Shown: piece by piece, positions 14,846 to 23,656 of the stretch
Numbering within the stretch: the first letter of the stretch is position 1
Layout: each line of letters begins with the position of its first letter
DNA from: an archaeon GW2011_AR10
Lineage (GTDB): Archaea; Iainarchaeota; Iainarchaeia; Iainarchaeales; GW2011-AR10
Reading direction: 5' to 3'
DNA length: 32,000 nucleotides
Assembly: GCA_000830275.1 (NCBI GenBank)
Contig: CP010424.1
Span: 660,001-692,000 of the forward strand
Notes under the pieces: generated by a model
Database searches by the model: none
The model's input: only the letters and a program-made list of their open reading frames with translations
Told to the model about the DNA's origin: nothing
Position numbers and translations under genes: made by a program

Positions 14846-14892
14846 GATAAAACGCATTAGTTATTGGTAAAACAAAGGTTTTCCGTGGTTTC

Positions 14893-17800
14893 ATGCCTGA
14901 GGGGAAAAAGGGGCTTTACGCTTCACTTGAGGGAAAGTATTACGATTTGCTTGACTGGCTTGACACGAAGGGAATCCCTGTTTACAGTGTAGTTGACTGG
15001 ATTGAGGACAAGAATATTCCTTCCTTTCCTGTTGCAGTGCTTTTCTCCTTTCTTGTGCTGATTTTGGTTGGCTGGCTTGTTTTGGGCTTGGTTGCGCCGG
15101 GCAAGGCAACGCTTTCTGTTTCGGTTTTTGATGAAAGCCTTTCTCCAGTTAGTAATGTTGAAGTGAGCGCTTCGACTGCTTCTGGGGGAACAATTGGCCC
15201 GGAGCTTACTGATGCAAGCGGTGTTGCAAGCATAACTGTGCCAATGAATGAGGAAATTCTTGTTGAAGCAAAAAAGGAGCCTGATTTCAGGACAAAAACT
15301 GAAACTTTCACTGCAATTAAGCAGGAGGAAAGCCTTGAGTTGGAGTTGCAGCGCACGGTTTCAACTTTGAGGAAAACAATTGAAATTTTGAGGCCTGGAA
15401 CAAACGAGCTTGTGGACGAGCTTGTGGAGCTTGAGCTTCGATGCAGTGAAAAGCCAGAGTTCAGCGAGCGCGTAACAACCACTACAGGCATAATTACTGT
15501 TGAAGTACAGAGCGATTGCGGAACACTTCACGTTACTCCTGCCAATGGGTTCACTGCTTCCGGCACAACAAGTTTTGATGTGAGGGTTGAGGGAACAATT
15601 GAACTGTTTTTGAGGGAAGAGGAAACAGGGAAAGGCACAATAATTGTTTCAGTTACTGACAGCTCTGGAACCCCACTGCAAGGAATTGATGTTTCGGTTG
15701 TAGTGCGGAGTGATGAATCAGAAATTGGCTCGGTTGTTGAAACAAAGCAGACTCTTGCTTCAGGCACTGTTACTTTCCTTGAGGTTCCGGAAGGAACATA
15801 CTCTGTAACGGCTTTTGACAGAACAGGAACGTTCAGCGAATTTGATTCATCAGAAATTGGCTTGGTGCAGGAAGTTGCGGATGGGGCAACCAAAACTTTT
15901 TCAATTGCATTGGAGAAAACAGTAGTGGGCTCAATAAGGGTTTTAGTGAAGGACGCTGTTTCGCTTAAGGCAATTGAGAACGCAACTGTTTCAGTGAGCA
16001 AAGAATCAGTGAATCTCCCTCAAAAGAAAACCGATGCGGAGGGAAGAGCCGAGTTTGGTGTAGGGGAACAGGTAAAGTACACTGTTGTTGTGGACAAGGA
16101 AGGCTACCTCATTGAAGAACTTGAACTGGAGCCTGCCAATGAGTTCAGGGAAGTTCTTTTAAGGGAGGCAACAGCTGAGAACAGCCAGAGCCTTACAGTA
16201 ATAGTGAGAGACGAGGTAGGCGACCCGATTGAAAATGTAAGAATAACTTTGAGGAACGCGGAAACTGATGCGCAGGTTGGAAGGGAGCTTGTTACTGGCA
16301 TTGCAGGAATTGCGTTGTTTGAAAGAGTTGAGGCGGGAACATATTACGTGTTTGCCTTGAAGCCTGGCTTCGGGGAAAAAACAAGCCAGACATTCACTTT
16401 GAACAGGAGGCAGGAAAACAGGGTGGAGCTAACCATTTCAATCGGTTCTGGAGCAGTTGAATTGATGGTGTTTGATGAAGCAAAGCAGCCAATGGCTGGG
16501 ACAAGCGTTAAACTGCTTGACTTTTACTCGAAAGAAGTTTTAAGCGAGGGCATCACAGGCTCTGATGGAATTGCTTCTCTTGCTGCGAGAGCAGACAAAA
16601 CAGTTTATGCGGTGGTAACCTTGAGCGGTTACCTGCCGTACATTACTAGAACTGTTAGGATGGGAAAGGATGTAACGCAGCAACTTGAGGCAGGCATGAG
16701 GAAGGAAATAAGTGCTCTTTCACTTGAACTGGTGAGCCTGCAGCTCGGCGAAGAAACTGTGAGAGACGTTGAGGTGCCAAGCCTTGAGCCGGGGCAAAGG
16801 TATAAGGCAAAGTTTTTGCTGCTGGTGCCTAAGGGCTCTGCTTTGGAGGAGGCTGGAGTGCATTTGAGGGTTGGCGCATCAGAGGAAGGCAAAACAAATG
16901 TGCTGGAGAAAGATGACCTGTATATTCTGGGTGTGAGTTCTGCTTTCAGTGAAATTCTGCGCGGCACTTCTTTCACTCCGCCTATTGGCTATGGCGCTGA
17001 CGCGCAACATTTTACTTCAGCTGAAGCGAAGTGGGTTAATGTTTTCTTTTCACAGCCAGCAAACGGCGTGATTGAAGTTGAAGCAGAAATTCAGGTTAGG
17101 GAAAATGCAAGGCGCGGCTCAGCGCTTGACTTGTGGTATAGGGCTTGGGGGAAGACAGGAAGTTACCTTAGGTTTCCAAGCGATGCAGCTCTTGGAAGCT
17201 CTGAGAACAGTGCATCAAAGCAGGCACTGTATGCTCAGGCCAAGAACAAGAAGTTTTCTGTTGGCCCAACCAACCTTTGCTTGAACGAGTTCTGCTCAAC
17301 TGTTTCAATTGAGGACTTGAGGGAAGAGCTTGAAACAAGCGTTGTGGACGAATATGTTGCGGAAATAGGCAACAATTACAGGTTAAAGTTTTCCATAAAC
17401 AGTGTTTCATCAGAGCTATTCGAGCAAGCAGAGCTACAGGTGGTTGACTCAACAGGCAGCCTTGCATTTGGCAATTACGACATTTCAACTGTTGCCGGGG
17501 AGCGGAGAAGCGGAACTGCAACAGGCTCAGAGTTAAGGGTTGGAATAGGGAGCCTGGCAAAAGATGACTTCTTTAATGGAACGCTTGAGTTCAGTTCAAG
17601 AAAGGAGGGAACAGCCTTAGTGCAATTAAGCGTCATTTCATCCAACCAGCGGGTTTTCGAGAAAGAGGTTAGGATCCTTGTTTTGCCGGCAGAAGAGATG
17701 AGCGTTGACATTTTGCCGAAAATAATTGTGCCATTCATTAACAACAACATTTTGGTGCAGGCTTCAACTGAGGCAGAGGATGGGTTGCTGTTGCCTGTTC

Positions 17801-20800
17801 CAAATGCATCAGTTTCATTGAAGAAAGACGGCGAGGTTGTTGCCTCTGGTTTCACTGATTCAGCCGGAATTTTTCCTTACACGCTGTTGAACCCGAACGC
17901 AGGCATAACTGTTGGGGTTAAGGTTGAGAAGCCTGGCTTCAGGCCGGTTGAAAAAGAAATAATCGTTACTGAGGACATTTTGGTTGCAACTCCTGCAACA
18001 CTGAGGGAAACCCTTAAGGTTGGCTTGGCTCCAAGCAAAGAGCTTGCATTCGGTTTAAGCAATTTAACCCAAGTGCCCCTCACTATTTCCAGTGTTGAGG
18101 AAAGCGCTGACTTCACTAACTTGGTGAAATTTTCATTTGATGAAACCCTTGAGGGAAGAGTAATTGGGGTTAGGGAGGACAGCAACTTAACTGTTAGGGT
18201 GAGCCTTGCTCCTGCTGGAACTATTGTTGATGAGCCTACTGCTGTGAATGGAGGGGTAAGCGTTTACGTAACGAACCCTGCATTTAACCGCACTTGGCGC
18301 AGCGTTATTCCTGCAGAGATAAGGATTGGCTTTGGTGAGGAAATAGATGATGCAGACTGCTTCAGCATTTTTCCCAGCGACTGGAGGATTTTCACTTCAA
18401 CTGAGGCCAAATCGTTGAACGTTGATGTGAAGAACTCATGCAAGATTGGCGGAATTCCTGTTAATCTCAGGAACCTGCAGGCAAGGCTCGTAACCGGCAA
18501 CCAAAACCAGGCTGGAGAATTCAGGGTTAAGAGCAACTTGGAGGGAAGCAACTCAGTAAATTTAACCGGCAGTTTCCAAACCATTTCATTGGTTGTGCCG
18601 GAAAACTCGGAGTCAACTTTGACCTTTGATTTTAACCCTGCAAACGTCAAGAGCGCCAGCTCAGAGCTAAAGGTGGAGGTGAGGGCAATTAACCTTACGG
18701 TTAACGGGGCAGAAGAAGTGAAGCGGGCAATAAATGTGAAGGTTAGTGTGAATGACTTAGTGCAGTGCTTGGATATCCCGCAAAGGGAAGGCCTAAAGCT
18801 TTTGAGCTGCCCGTTCAATGTAGGTTATGGAAATTACCCCAACAATTTCGGCGGGGCATACGGTTATGGTGGGTATCCTTCTGGTTACTCTTACGGCCAA
18901 GGTTATGGTGGAACAAGCTATTATGGGAATCAGGCTTCAGGCTACAACCTTTATGGTGGAACAGGCTATTATGGGAACCAGGCTTCAGGCAACAACCTTT
19001 ATGACCCTTCCAATACAGGCCTTGGTTATGGTAGCGGCTACAACAACTACAATCCTTACGGTTCCGGTTATGGACTTGGCGCTGGTTATGGTGGAACAAC
19101 AAGCTCTTACGGTTACAGTTCCTATGACCCTTACCAAACTCAATCCGGCTACGGAAGCGGATTGCCTCCATACATTGGCACGCTTTCACAGCTTGGCTCA
19201 ACTTACCCTAACCCATCTTATTACTCCCCATCCTATGGCGGCGACTACTATGATAGAAGCGCTAACAACAGGTTTGGGTGCGGCCCTGGATTAGGCCAGG
19301 GAAAAGCAGAAATAGTGCTCAACAATTCCTGCACTGACTCGGTTGAAGTGCAGGCAAGGGATGCTGATGGTTTGATAATTAATGAGTCAACTGTTAAGAT
19401 TGAGAAAGGAAAGCAGGGAAAAATCAGTGTGCAGCCAGCCTACTTTGTTGGAAGGTATCCTGTAGAGATTTCAGCAAGGCTTGAAGGAAGCGAAGAGTCA
19501 TTCACTCCGATTGATTCCGTAAACGTAATCGTGGAGAACCCTTTAACTCTTTCATACAGGGACTGCATCAGTGTTTCTCCTTCAAGGAAGCTTTCATTCA
19601 ACAACTTTTTCGGAAGGCCTGTAACATTGAAAGTTATAAACAGCTGCGTGAATGAAGGAGTGCGGCTGCTTTTCAGCAACGACACGATTTTCTTTTCAAG
19701 TGGCGCATTGAGGCAGCCAACCGACGTTAGGAGCGGATTCCACGAAATGATTGAGAACTGGGCAATACTTGATGAAAAGTTTGAGTCAGCACCAGACGGC
19801 AAAACCACTCAAATACTTGAGTTTGAAATAGTGAAAGCGCTGAAGCAGTACTGCAATCAAGCACCGCCTTTCCCAAAAGAGGGAAGCATTTTCCAGCAGG
19901 TGGGAAACTTGCGCTACTTTGCTTCTTCAGCGTACTACTCTGTTCTGGGAAGAGCAAGTTTGACTGTTAAGTTTTTCACTCCTTTTGGCAGTGAGAGCAG
20001 GATTGCTTTCCCGATGGAAATAGAGGACTTCTGGGAGGGGCTGCCTTACGGTGAAAGGCTCATAAGCTACGGTGACCCGAATTACACTCCAGACCAATGC
20101 GTGAAGCCTGATGCATTGAATTTCAACAACACTTACAATGGGTGCATTCCTATTGGAGAGCTTGACAGGCTTGCAACGCAGCCTTTTTCAACAAAGAATA
20201 ATGGAGGCTTAATGGTTGTTGCAGCGCCACAGCCAGTCAGCCAGACTTGCCAGAGCTTCCAGGCACTAGTGCAGGCCGGCGCGCCAGAGAAAGGCGGCTG
20301 CGGAACTGTTGACACAATTTCAGGGCTTTCAAGCAACAGGATTGAAAAGAACGGAATGGTGTTTTACTTTAATGCCCTCAATAACCGCGACATTGAAATG
20401 CGCGTTGACAAGTCAGCCTGGAACGGAAAAAAGGTTGAGGTTGAGGAAACATTGTTTGTTACAGTTAACAGGGTGGTGCCTTCAAGCAGCAAGCGGGTTG
20501 CTGTGCCGGTCAAGCTGTGCGTTGAAGGCGGAGCTAATATTGGGCAGGAAGAGCAGAGCATAATTGACAAACTTGATGACAAGTACGGCGAAAACAGGTG
20601 GAAGGAACTCGGCGAGTCCGACTTGAATAAGGCAATAAAGGAGGCCAAACCCAATGCAACCAATGAAGAAATCAAAAAAATAACGGATTTGGCTAATGAA
20701 ACCCCAACAACAGGAGAGGCTTTTGTGTGCGAGGCGGGAAAGAGTGGCAGCGCTGTTTACAAGGAGCTTGGCTTTGACAAGCTGTTGTTTGATTGGCGCT

Positions 20801-22902
20801 ATGACAGCATTGGCATGCAGGCGTGCGATGCAGGTAATGCAGTAGCCTATTACTGTGATGCAACACAGCTGTCAGTGGAGTTGAACAAGAAGGCAGAGCA
20901 GGTAAGGACAGCGGTAAGCAAGCTGCCGAGAGAAAACTGCGGGGTTGAAGGCATAACTGATTGCAATAAGTTTGAGAACTCGAAGGAGTTGCTGCGTTTC
21001 TTCCGCAGCACAGCTGATGTTACAGATCATGCAAGGAGTGATAAGCCTGTGCTGCGCTTCTTCAAGGACTCAAATGGCAAAATACTTGAAAATACTTCTG
21101 CAACAGAGGAAACAAAGAAGACATTGAAGGAATTGATGGATTCAATCAAAGGCACTTCAACGGATTCGATTGCTTCACAGCAGAAAACAATTGATGACAC
21201 AACAGAGCTGTTGTTGAAGCTTGCTGCCAACAAGGAAGTTGACAATGGCAAAGACATTGTTGGCTTGCTGAAGAAAGAGCCTACGGGCCTGCAGGACAAG
21301 CACAAGGAAACACTGAAAGAGTTGGGCATTACTGAAGGGGAAGTGCTTGCTGTTGGCAATGAGGAATTTTATCTCATTACTTTCGAGGAATTCAAGCTGT
21401 TCCACCTAAACACTGACAAAGCAAAGAATGAAGCGCAGTGCGGCGGCTCTCCTGAGAACAAGAACTGCTGGGTTGAAAAGAATGAAACCGGAGAGGTAAT
21501 CAAAGTCAGAATCAAGGAAACCAATGAAGGGAATTTAGACGGAACCCTTATTGACACAACTTTCATGCCAGACTTCTATAACAGCTTTGCGGGCTTTGTT
21601 GTCGGAGTACGGAATAAGCCGGAATTGAATGACTCGCAAAGAAAGGTTTTGATGAAGGACATTAAGGGAAGCGAGTTTGGCTTGGCAGAATTCAGCAACT
21701 TTGAGGAATTCTATAACCAAGATATTAACTTTAATGCAAACCTTATAAAGGACGGCTACAGCACTGATTTCAGGAAAGACTTTGCGAAGGCATCAGAGTA
21801 CAAGGAACATATTGTAGGGACATTCTATTCTGAAGACAGTGCTGCGCCAAGATGGGGTTTCACGGTTAAGCAGTCTGCAAGCGACAGTGGCGCAAGCAAT
21901 GCAGCGCTGCCTGACACTGGCACTTACAATGTTGGCTTGGCTTATGATTGGAGCAAGGGAACTTTAAACAACCAAATAAAAGTGCAGGTTGACTTAACGC
22001 TGAAAGAAAGGCTTAAAGGCAATTACGCAAAGAACGCGCTGTTTTACCTGCCAGTGGATGGCAGGATTGGCTTTGAGTCAAGCAGCCTTGAATTCAGCAG
22101 GGAAGACTATGGCTCTGGTTTCAGCGGCAACACCGGCCTGCTTAGGTTTGCAAACTATTCTCAGGTTGAAGGGGCTGTGCTTGACCCGATTGCTGAAAAG
22201 GGTTCAGGCAAGGAACAGTTCAAGGTTAACTACACCTCTGCCTTTGATGTTGGAAAGACAGCTTCCAAAGTGCTTTCAATTGATTCAACTGCCAAAGAAA
22301 TTGTTTTCTCTCCGAGAGACCCTGTTGCAGTTGAAGTTGGAGTTGAGAAGAGAACAAACCCGCAGATTCCTGCAGGGTTTTTGTACAGCGTTTTTGGCGG
22401 AACAACCCAGGCTGGAAGCGTTGCATCACTGCTTGAGTGGCAGGTAACAGAAGACACGGTAACGGATGATGGAAATAGAACAGCAAAGGATTCAGCGCAT
22501 GCAAGCGATGAATTATGCAAAACAGGAAGCGAATCATTTTATGGCTTTGTTTTTAGCAGCGGGAAAGTAGGCCAAACAAAGATGAAGACAATAATTTATG
22601 CTCCCACTAACACTGCATCGGTTGCAGTTTCGCGGCTCAACATTGTGTGCTGGAAGGACTCTGGCAGCGGAAGGGCAAGGGACATTCTTGCAGATAAAAG
22701 CTTCACGCTTTCCATTGGGTCGAACCAGCTGAATCACTCTGAGAAGGACAGGATCAGAAGTGATTACACTGTTAAGAATTTGATTGAAATGGTTAAGAGC
22801 GGTGGCGAGAAAGGAAGGGTTTGCGTTGAGTCAGGAACTGAAACAGAGAAGAAACTAAACTTTTACTGGAACCCAGACAAGATATTCGATGAATTCGGTT
22901 AG
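14893..22902 (+). CDS. giant membrane-anchored surface protein, paralog 2 (2669 aa)
   Basis: Uninterrupted 8.0 kb ORF. Parts in order: N-terminal motif (14893-15027), TM (15028-15096), CarboxypepD_reg-like repeats (about 15100-16700), GVHLRVG (16855-16875), Tyr/Gly/Ser-rich segment (18817-19255), Cys-rich module with YCDATQLS (20851-20874), LIKDGYSTDFRKDF (about 21736-21783), C-terminal VCVES...FYWNP. Confidence 0.9.
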   Translation: MPEGKKGLYASLEGKYYDLLDWLDTKGIPVYSVVDWIEDKNIPSFPVAVLFSFLVLILVGWLVLGLVAPGKATLSVSVFDESLSPVSNVEVSASTASGGTIGPELTDASGVASITVPMNEEILVEAKKEPDFRTKTETFTAIKQEESLELELQRTVSTLRKTIEILRPGTNELVDELVELELRCSEKPEFSERVTTTTGIITVEVQSDCGTLHVTPANGFTASGTTSFDVRVEGTIELFLREEETGKGTIIVSVTDSSGTPLQGIDVSVVVRSDESEIGSVVETKQTLASGTVTFLEVPEGTYSVTAFDRTGTFSEFDSSEIGLVQEVADGATKTFSIALEKTVVGSIRVLVKDAVSLKAIENATVSVSKESVNLPQKKTDAEGRAEFGVGEQVKYTVVVDKEGYLIEELELEPANEFREVLLREATAENSQSLTVIVRDEVGDPIENVRITLRNAETDAQVGRELVTGIAGIALFERVEAGTYYVFALKPGFGEKTSQTFTLNRRQENRVELTISIGSGAVELMVFDEAKQPMAGTSVKLLDFYSKEVLSEGITGSDGIASLAARADKTVYAVVTLSGYLPYITRTVRMGKDVTQQLEAGMRKEISALSLELVSLQLGEETVRDVEVPSLEPGQRYKAKFLLLVPKGSALEEAGVHLRVGASEEGKTNVLEKDDLYILGVSSAFSEILRGTSFTPPIGYGADAQHFTSAEAKWVNVFFSQPANGVIEVEAEIQVRENARRGSALDLWYRAWGKTGSYLRFPSDAALGSSENSASKQALYAQAKNKKFSVGPTNLCLNEFCSTVSIEDLREELETSVVDEYVAEIGNNYRLKFSINSVSSELFEQAELQVVDSTGSLAFGNYDISTVAGERRSGTATGSELRVGIGSLAKDDFFNGTLEFSSRKEGTALVQLSVISSNQRVFEKEVRILVLPAEEMSVDILPKIIVPFINNNILVQASTEAEDGLLLPVPNASVSLKKDGEVVASGFTDSAGIFPYTLLNPNAGITVGVKVEKPGFRPVEKEIIVTEDILVATPATLRETLKVGLAPSKELAFGLSNLTQVPLTISSVEESADFTNLVKFSFDETLEGRVIGVREDSNLTVRVSLAPAGTIVDEPTAVNGGVSVYVTNPAFNRTWRSVIPAEIRIGFGEEIDDADCFSIFPSDWRIFTSTEAKSLNVDVKNSCKIGGIPVNLRNLQARLVTGNQNQAGEFRVKSNLEGSNSVNLTGSFQTISLVVPENSESTLTFDFNPANVKSASSELKVEVRAINLTVNGAEEVKRAINVKVSVNDLVQCLDIPQREGLKLLSCPFNVGYGNYPNNFGGAYGYGGYPSGYSYGQGYGGTSYYGNQASGYNLYGGTGYYGNQASGNNLYDPSNTGLGYGSGYNNYNPYGSGYGLGAGYGGTTSSYGYSSYDPYQTQSGYGSGLPPYIGTLSQLGSTYPNPSYYSPSYGGDYYDRSANNRFGCGPGLGQGKAEIVLNNSCTDSVEVQARDADGLIINESTVKIEKGKQGKISVQPAYFVGRYPVEISARLEGSEESFTPIDSVNVIVENPLTLSYRDCISVSPSRKLSFNNFFGRPVTLKVINSCVNEGVRLLFSNDTIFFSSGALRQPTDVRSGFHEMIENWAILDEKFESAPDGKTTQILEFEIVKALKQYCNQAPPFPKEGSIFQQVGNLRYFASSAYYSVLGRASLTVKFFTPFGSESRIAFPMEIEDFWEGLPYGERLISYGDPNYTPDQCVKPDALNFNNTYNGCIPIGELDRLATQPFSTKNNGGLMVVAAPQPVSQTCQSFQALVQAGAPEKGGCGTVDTISGLSSNRIEKNGMVFYFNALNNRDIEMRVDKSAWNGKKVEVEETLFVTVNRVVPSSSKRVAVPVKLCVEGGANIGQEEQSIIDKLDDKYGENRWKELGESDLNKAIKEAKPNATNEEIKKITDLANETPTTGEAFVCEAGKSGSAVYKELGFDKLLFDWRYDSIGMQACDAGNAVAYYCDATQLSVELNKKAEQVRTAVSKLPRENCGVEGITDCNKFENSKELLRFFRSTADVTDHARSDKPVLRFFKDSNGKILENTSATEETKKTLKELMDSIKGTSTDSIASQQKTIDDTTELLLKLAANKEVDNGKDIVGLLKKEPTGLQDKHKETLKELGITEGEVLAVGNEEFYLITFEEFKLFHLNTDKAKNEAQCGGSPENKNCWVEKNETGEVIKVRIKETNEGNLDGTLIDTTFMPDFYNSFAGFVVGVRNKPELNDSQRKVLMKDIKGSEFGLAEFSNFEEFYNQDINFNANLIKDGYSTDFRKDFAKASEYKEHIVGTFYSEDSAAPRWGFTVKQSASDSGASNAALPDTGTYNVGLAYDWSKGTLNNQIKVQVDLTLKERLKGNYAKNALFYLPVDGRIGFESSSLEFSREDYGSGFSGNTGLLRFANYSQVEGAVLDPIAEKGSGKEQFKVNYTSAFDVGKTASKVLSIDSTAKEIVFSPRDPVAVEVGVEKRTNPQIPAGFLYSVFGGTTQAGSVASLLEWQVTEDTVTDDGNRTAKDSAHASDELCKTGSESFYGFVFSSGKVGQTKMKTIIYAPTNTASVAVSRLNIVCWKDSGSGRARDILADKSFTLSIGSNQLNHSEKDRIRSDYTVKNLIEMVKSGGEKGRVCVESGTETEKKLNFYWNPDKIFDEFG
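18907..19002 (+). repeat. in-frame 48-nt tandem duplication in the Tyr/Gly-rich segment of giant 2
   Basis: Unit 1 (18907-18954) encodes GGTSYYGNQASGYNLY. Unit 2 (18955-19002) encodes GGTGYYGNQASGNNLY. The units are 45/48 nt identical. Confidence 0.9.
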
Positions 22903-22977
22903 TGAAAGAAAAAATGCAAGCAAAGCAAGCACGTGACATACAAGTGAAAAGAGCATAGCAGATTGAGGCTTCAGTTT

Positions 22978-23448
22978 ATGAATGAGAACCAATTGATTTA
23001 TGTGCCGTTGAATTTTATCATGTTTCTTGTGGGCCTCGCGGTTGGCTTCTTTCTGGAATTGAACATCGCGCCTTTCACTTTTGGCATTCACCCCGCTGTT
23101 GACGCAGTTGTTTTAACTTTCGGGGTTTTCGTGCTCTCAATTGTTTTCTATGGTTACCTTAACCCTGTTATTTTCCTTTATATTGGCCTGCTTCACTCAG
23201 GCCTGGTTTCAGGGAACCCTATTGGAGTGGTAATGCTCTTGCTTCCATTGCTTGTTGCATCTTATGGGGGTGGAATGACTGCAGGCTATTTGGCGGTTGA
23301 CCTGCACGAGGAAGGCAACCTGTTCGAGCACAAAATCCAGATAGCGGCTTTTTTCTTTGGGGCGCTGTTTTTGGCGCTTGTAATAGGGCTGCTTTACGGT
23401 TTTCTCCCCAACCTGGAGGAACTTGACAGCCTGATTTTTTATGATTAA
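22978..23448 (+). CDS. small polytopic integral membrane protein (4-5 predicted TM helices), function unknown
   Basis: The ORF track starts at TTG 22963; the first ATG is at 22978 (MNENQLIYVPLNF...), giving 156 aa. There are successive ~20 aa hydrophobic stretches (FIMFLVGLAVGFFL, VVLTFGVFVLSIVFYGYL, VVMLLLPLLVASYGGGM, IAAFFFGALFLALVIGLLYGF). GAGG lies 9 nt upstream of ATG 22978. Confidence 0.7.
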   Translation: MNENQLIYVPLNFIMFLVGLAVGFFLELNIAPFTFGIHPAVDAVVLTFGVFVLSIVFYGYLNPVIFLYIGLLHSGLVSGNPIGVVMLLLPLLVASYGGGMTAGYLAVDLHEEGNLFEHKIQIAAFFFGALFLALVIGLLYGFLPNLEELDSLIFYD

Positions 23449-23498
23449 CCTATGGCAAAATGCTTATGTGTTTGAACAAAAAATTGCATTTTTGAAAC

Positions 23499-23542
23499 CA
23501 GCAAACAGCAAATTAAATGTTAAAAAATCAAGCTGTTTGCTG
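23499..23542. repeat. perfect 11-bp inverted repeat (hairpin or operator candidate)
   Basis: CAGCAAACAGC (23499-23509) and GCTGTTTGCTG (23532-23542), with a 22-nt A-rich loop. It is preceded by TTTTT (23489-23493) and starts 51 nt after the stop at 23448. Confidence 0.65.
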
Positions 23543-23590
23543 TACGCTTAAACATAACAAAAAGTTATGATTAAAACCATAACCAAAAAG

Positions 23591-23628
23591 TATATTAATA
23601 TTAGATTAATTAGATTACTTATATTAAT
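23591..23628 (+). promoter_or_regulatory. composite promoter region of giant gene 3: two TATATTAAT boxes flanking a tandem ATTAGATTA repeat
   Basis: TATATTAAT (23591-23599), ATTAGATTA (23600-23608), ATTAGATTA (23609-23617), CT, TATATTAAT (23620-23628). The proximal box is 37 nt upstream of ATG 23657. GGTGA (23647-23651) is SD-like. Confidence 0.45.
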
Positions 23629-23656
23629 TTGGAAATTACCTGCGCACGGTGAATAA

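Noticed and set aside
18907-19002. Tandem direct repeats considered as a possible CRISPR or minisatellite
   Set aside because: There are only two adjacent units with no spacers, and they are in frame within a CDS. The same applies to 8105-8152. No CRISPR-like repeat-spacer array is seen anywhere in the window.
18815-19294. ORFs 18827-19294 (+, alternate frame) and 18815-19201 (-) overlapping the Tyr/Gly tract
   Set aside because: These are artefacts of the low-complexity repetitive codon content (TAT/GGT/GGC), which lacks stops in several frames. The giant-2 frame is continuous through the region.
22963-22977. TTG start of the small membrane protein in the ORF track
   Set aside because: nt 22963-22965 are TTG. 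The first ATG (22978) is preceded by GAGG at a reasonable spacing. The start is uncertain, but the ATG is preferred.
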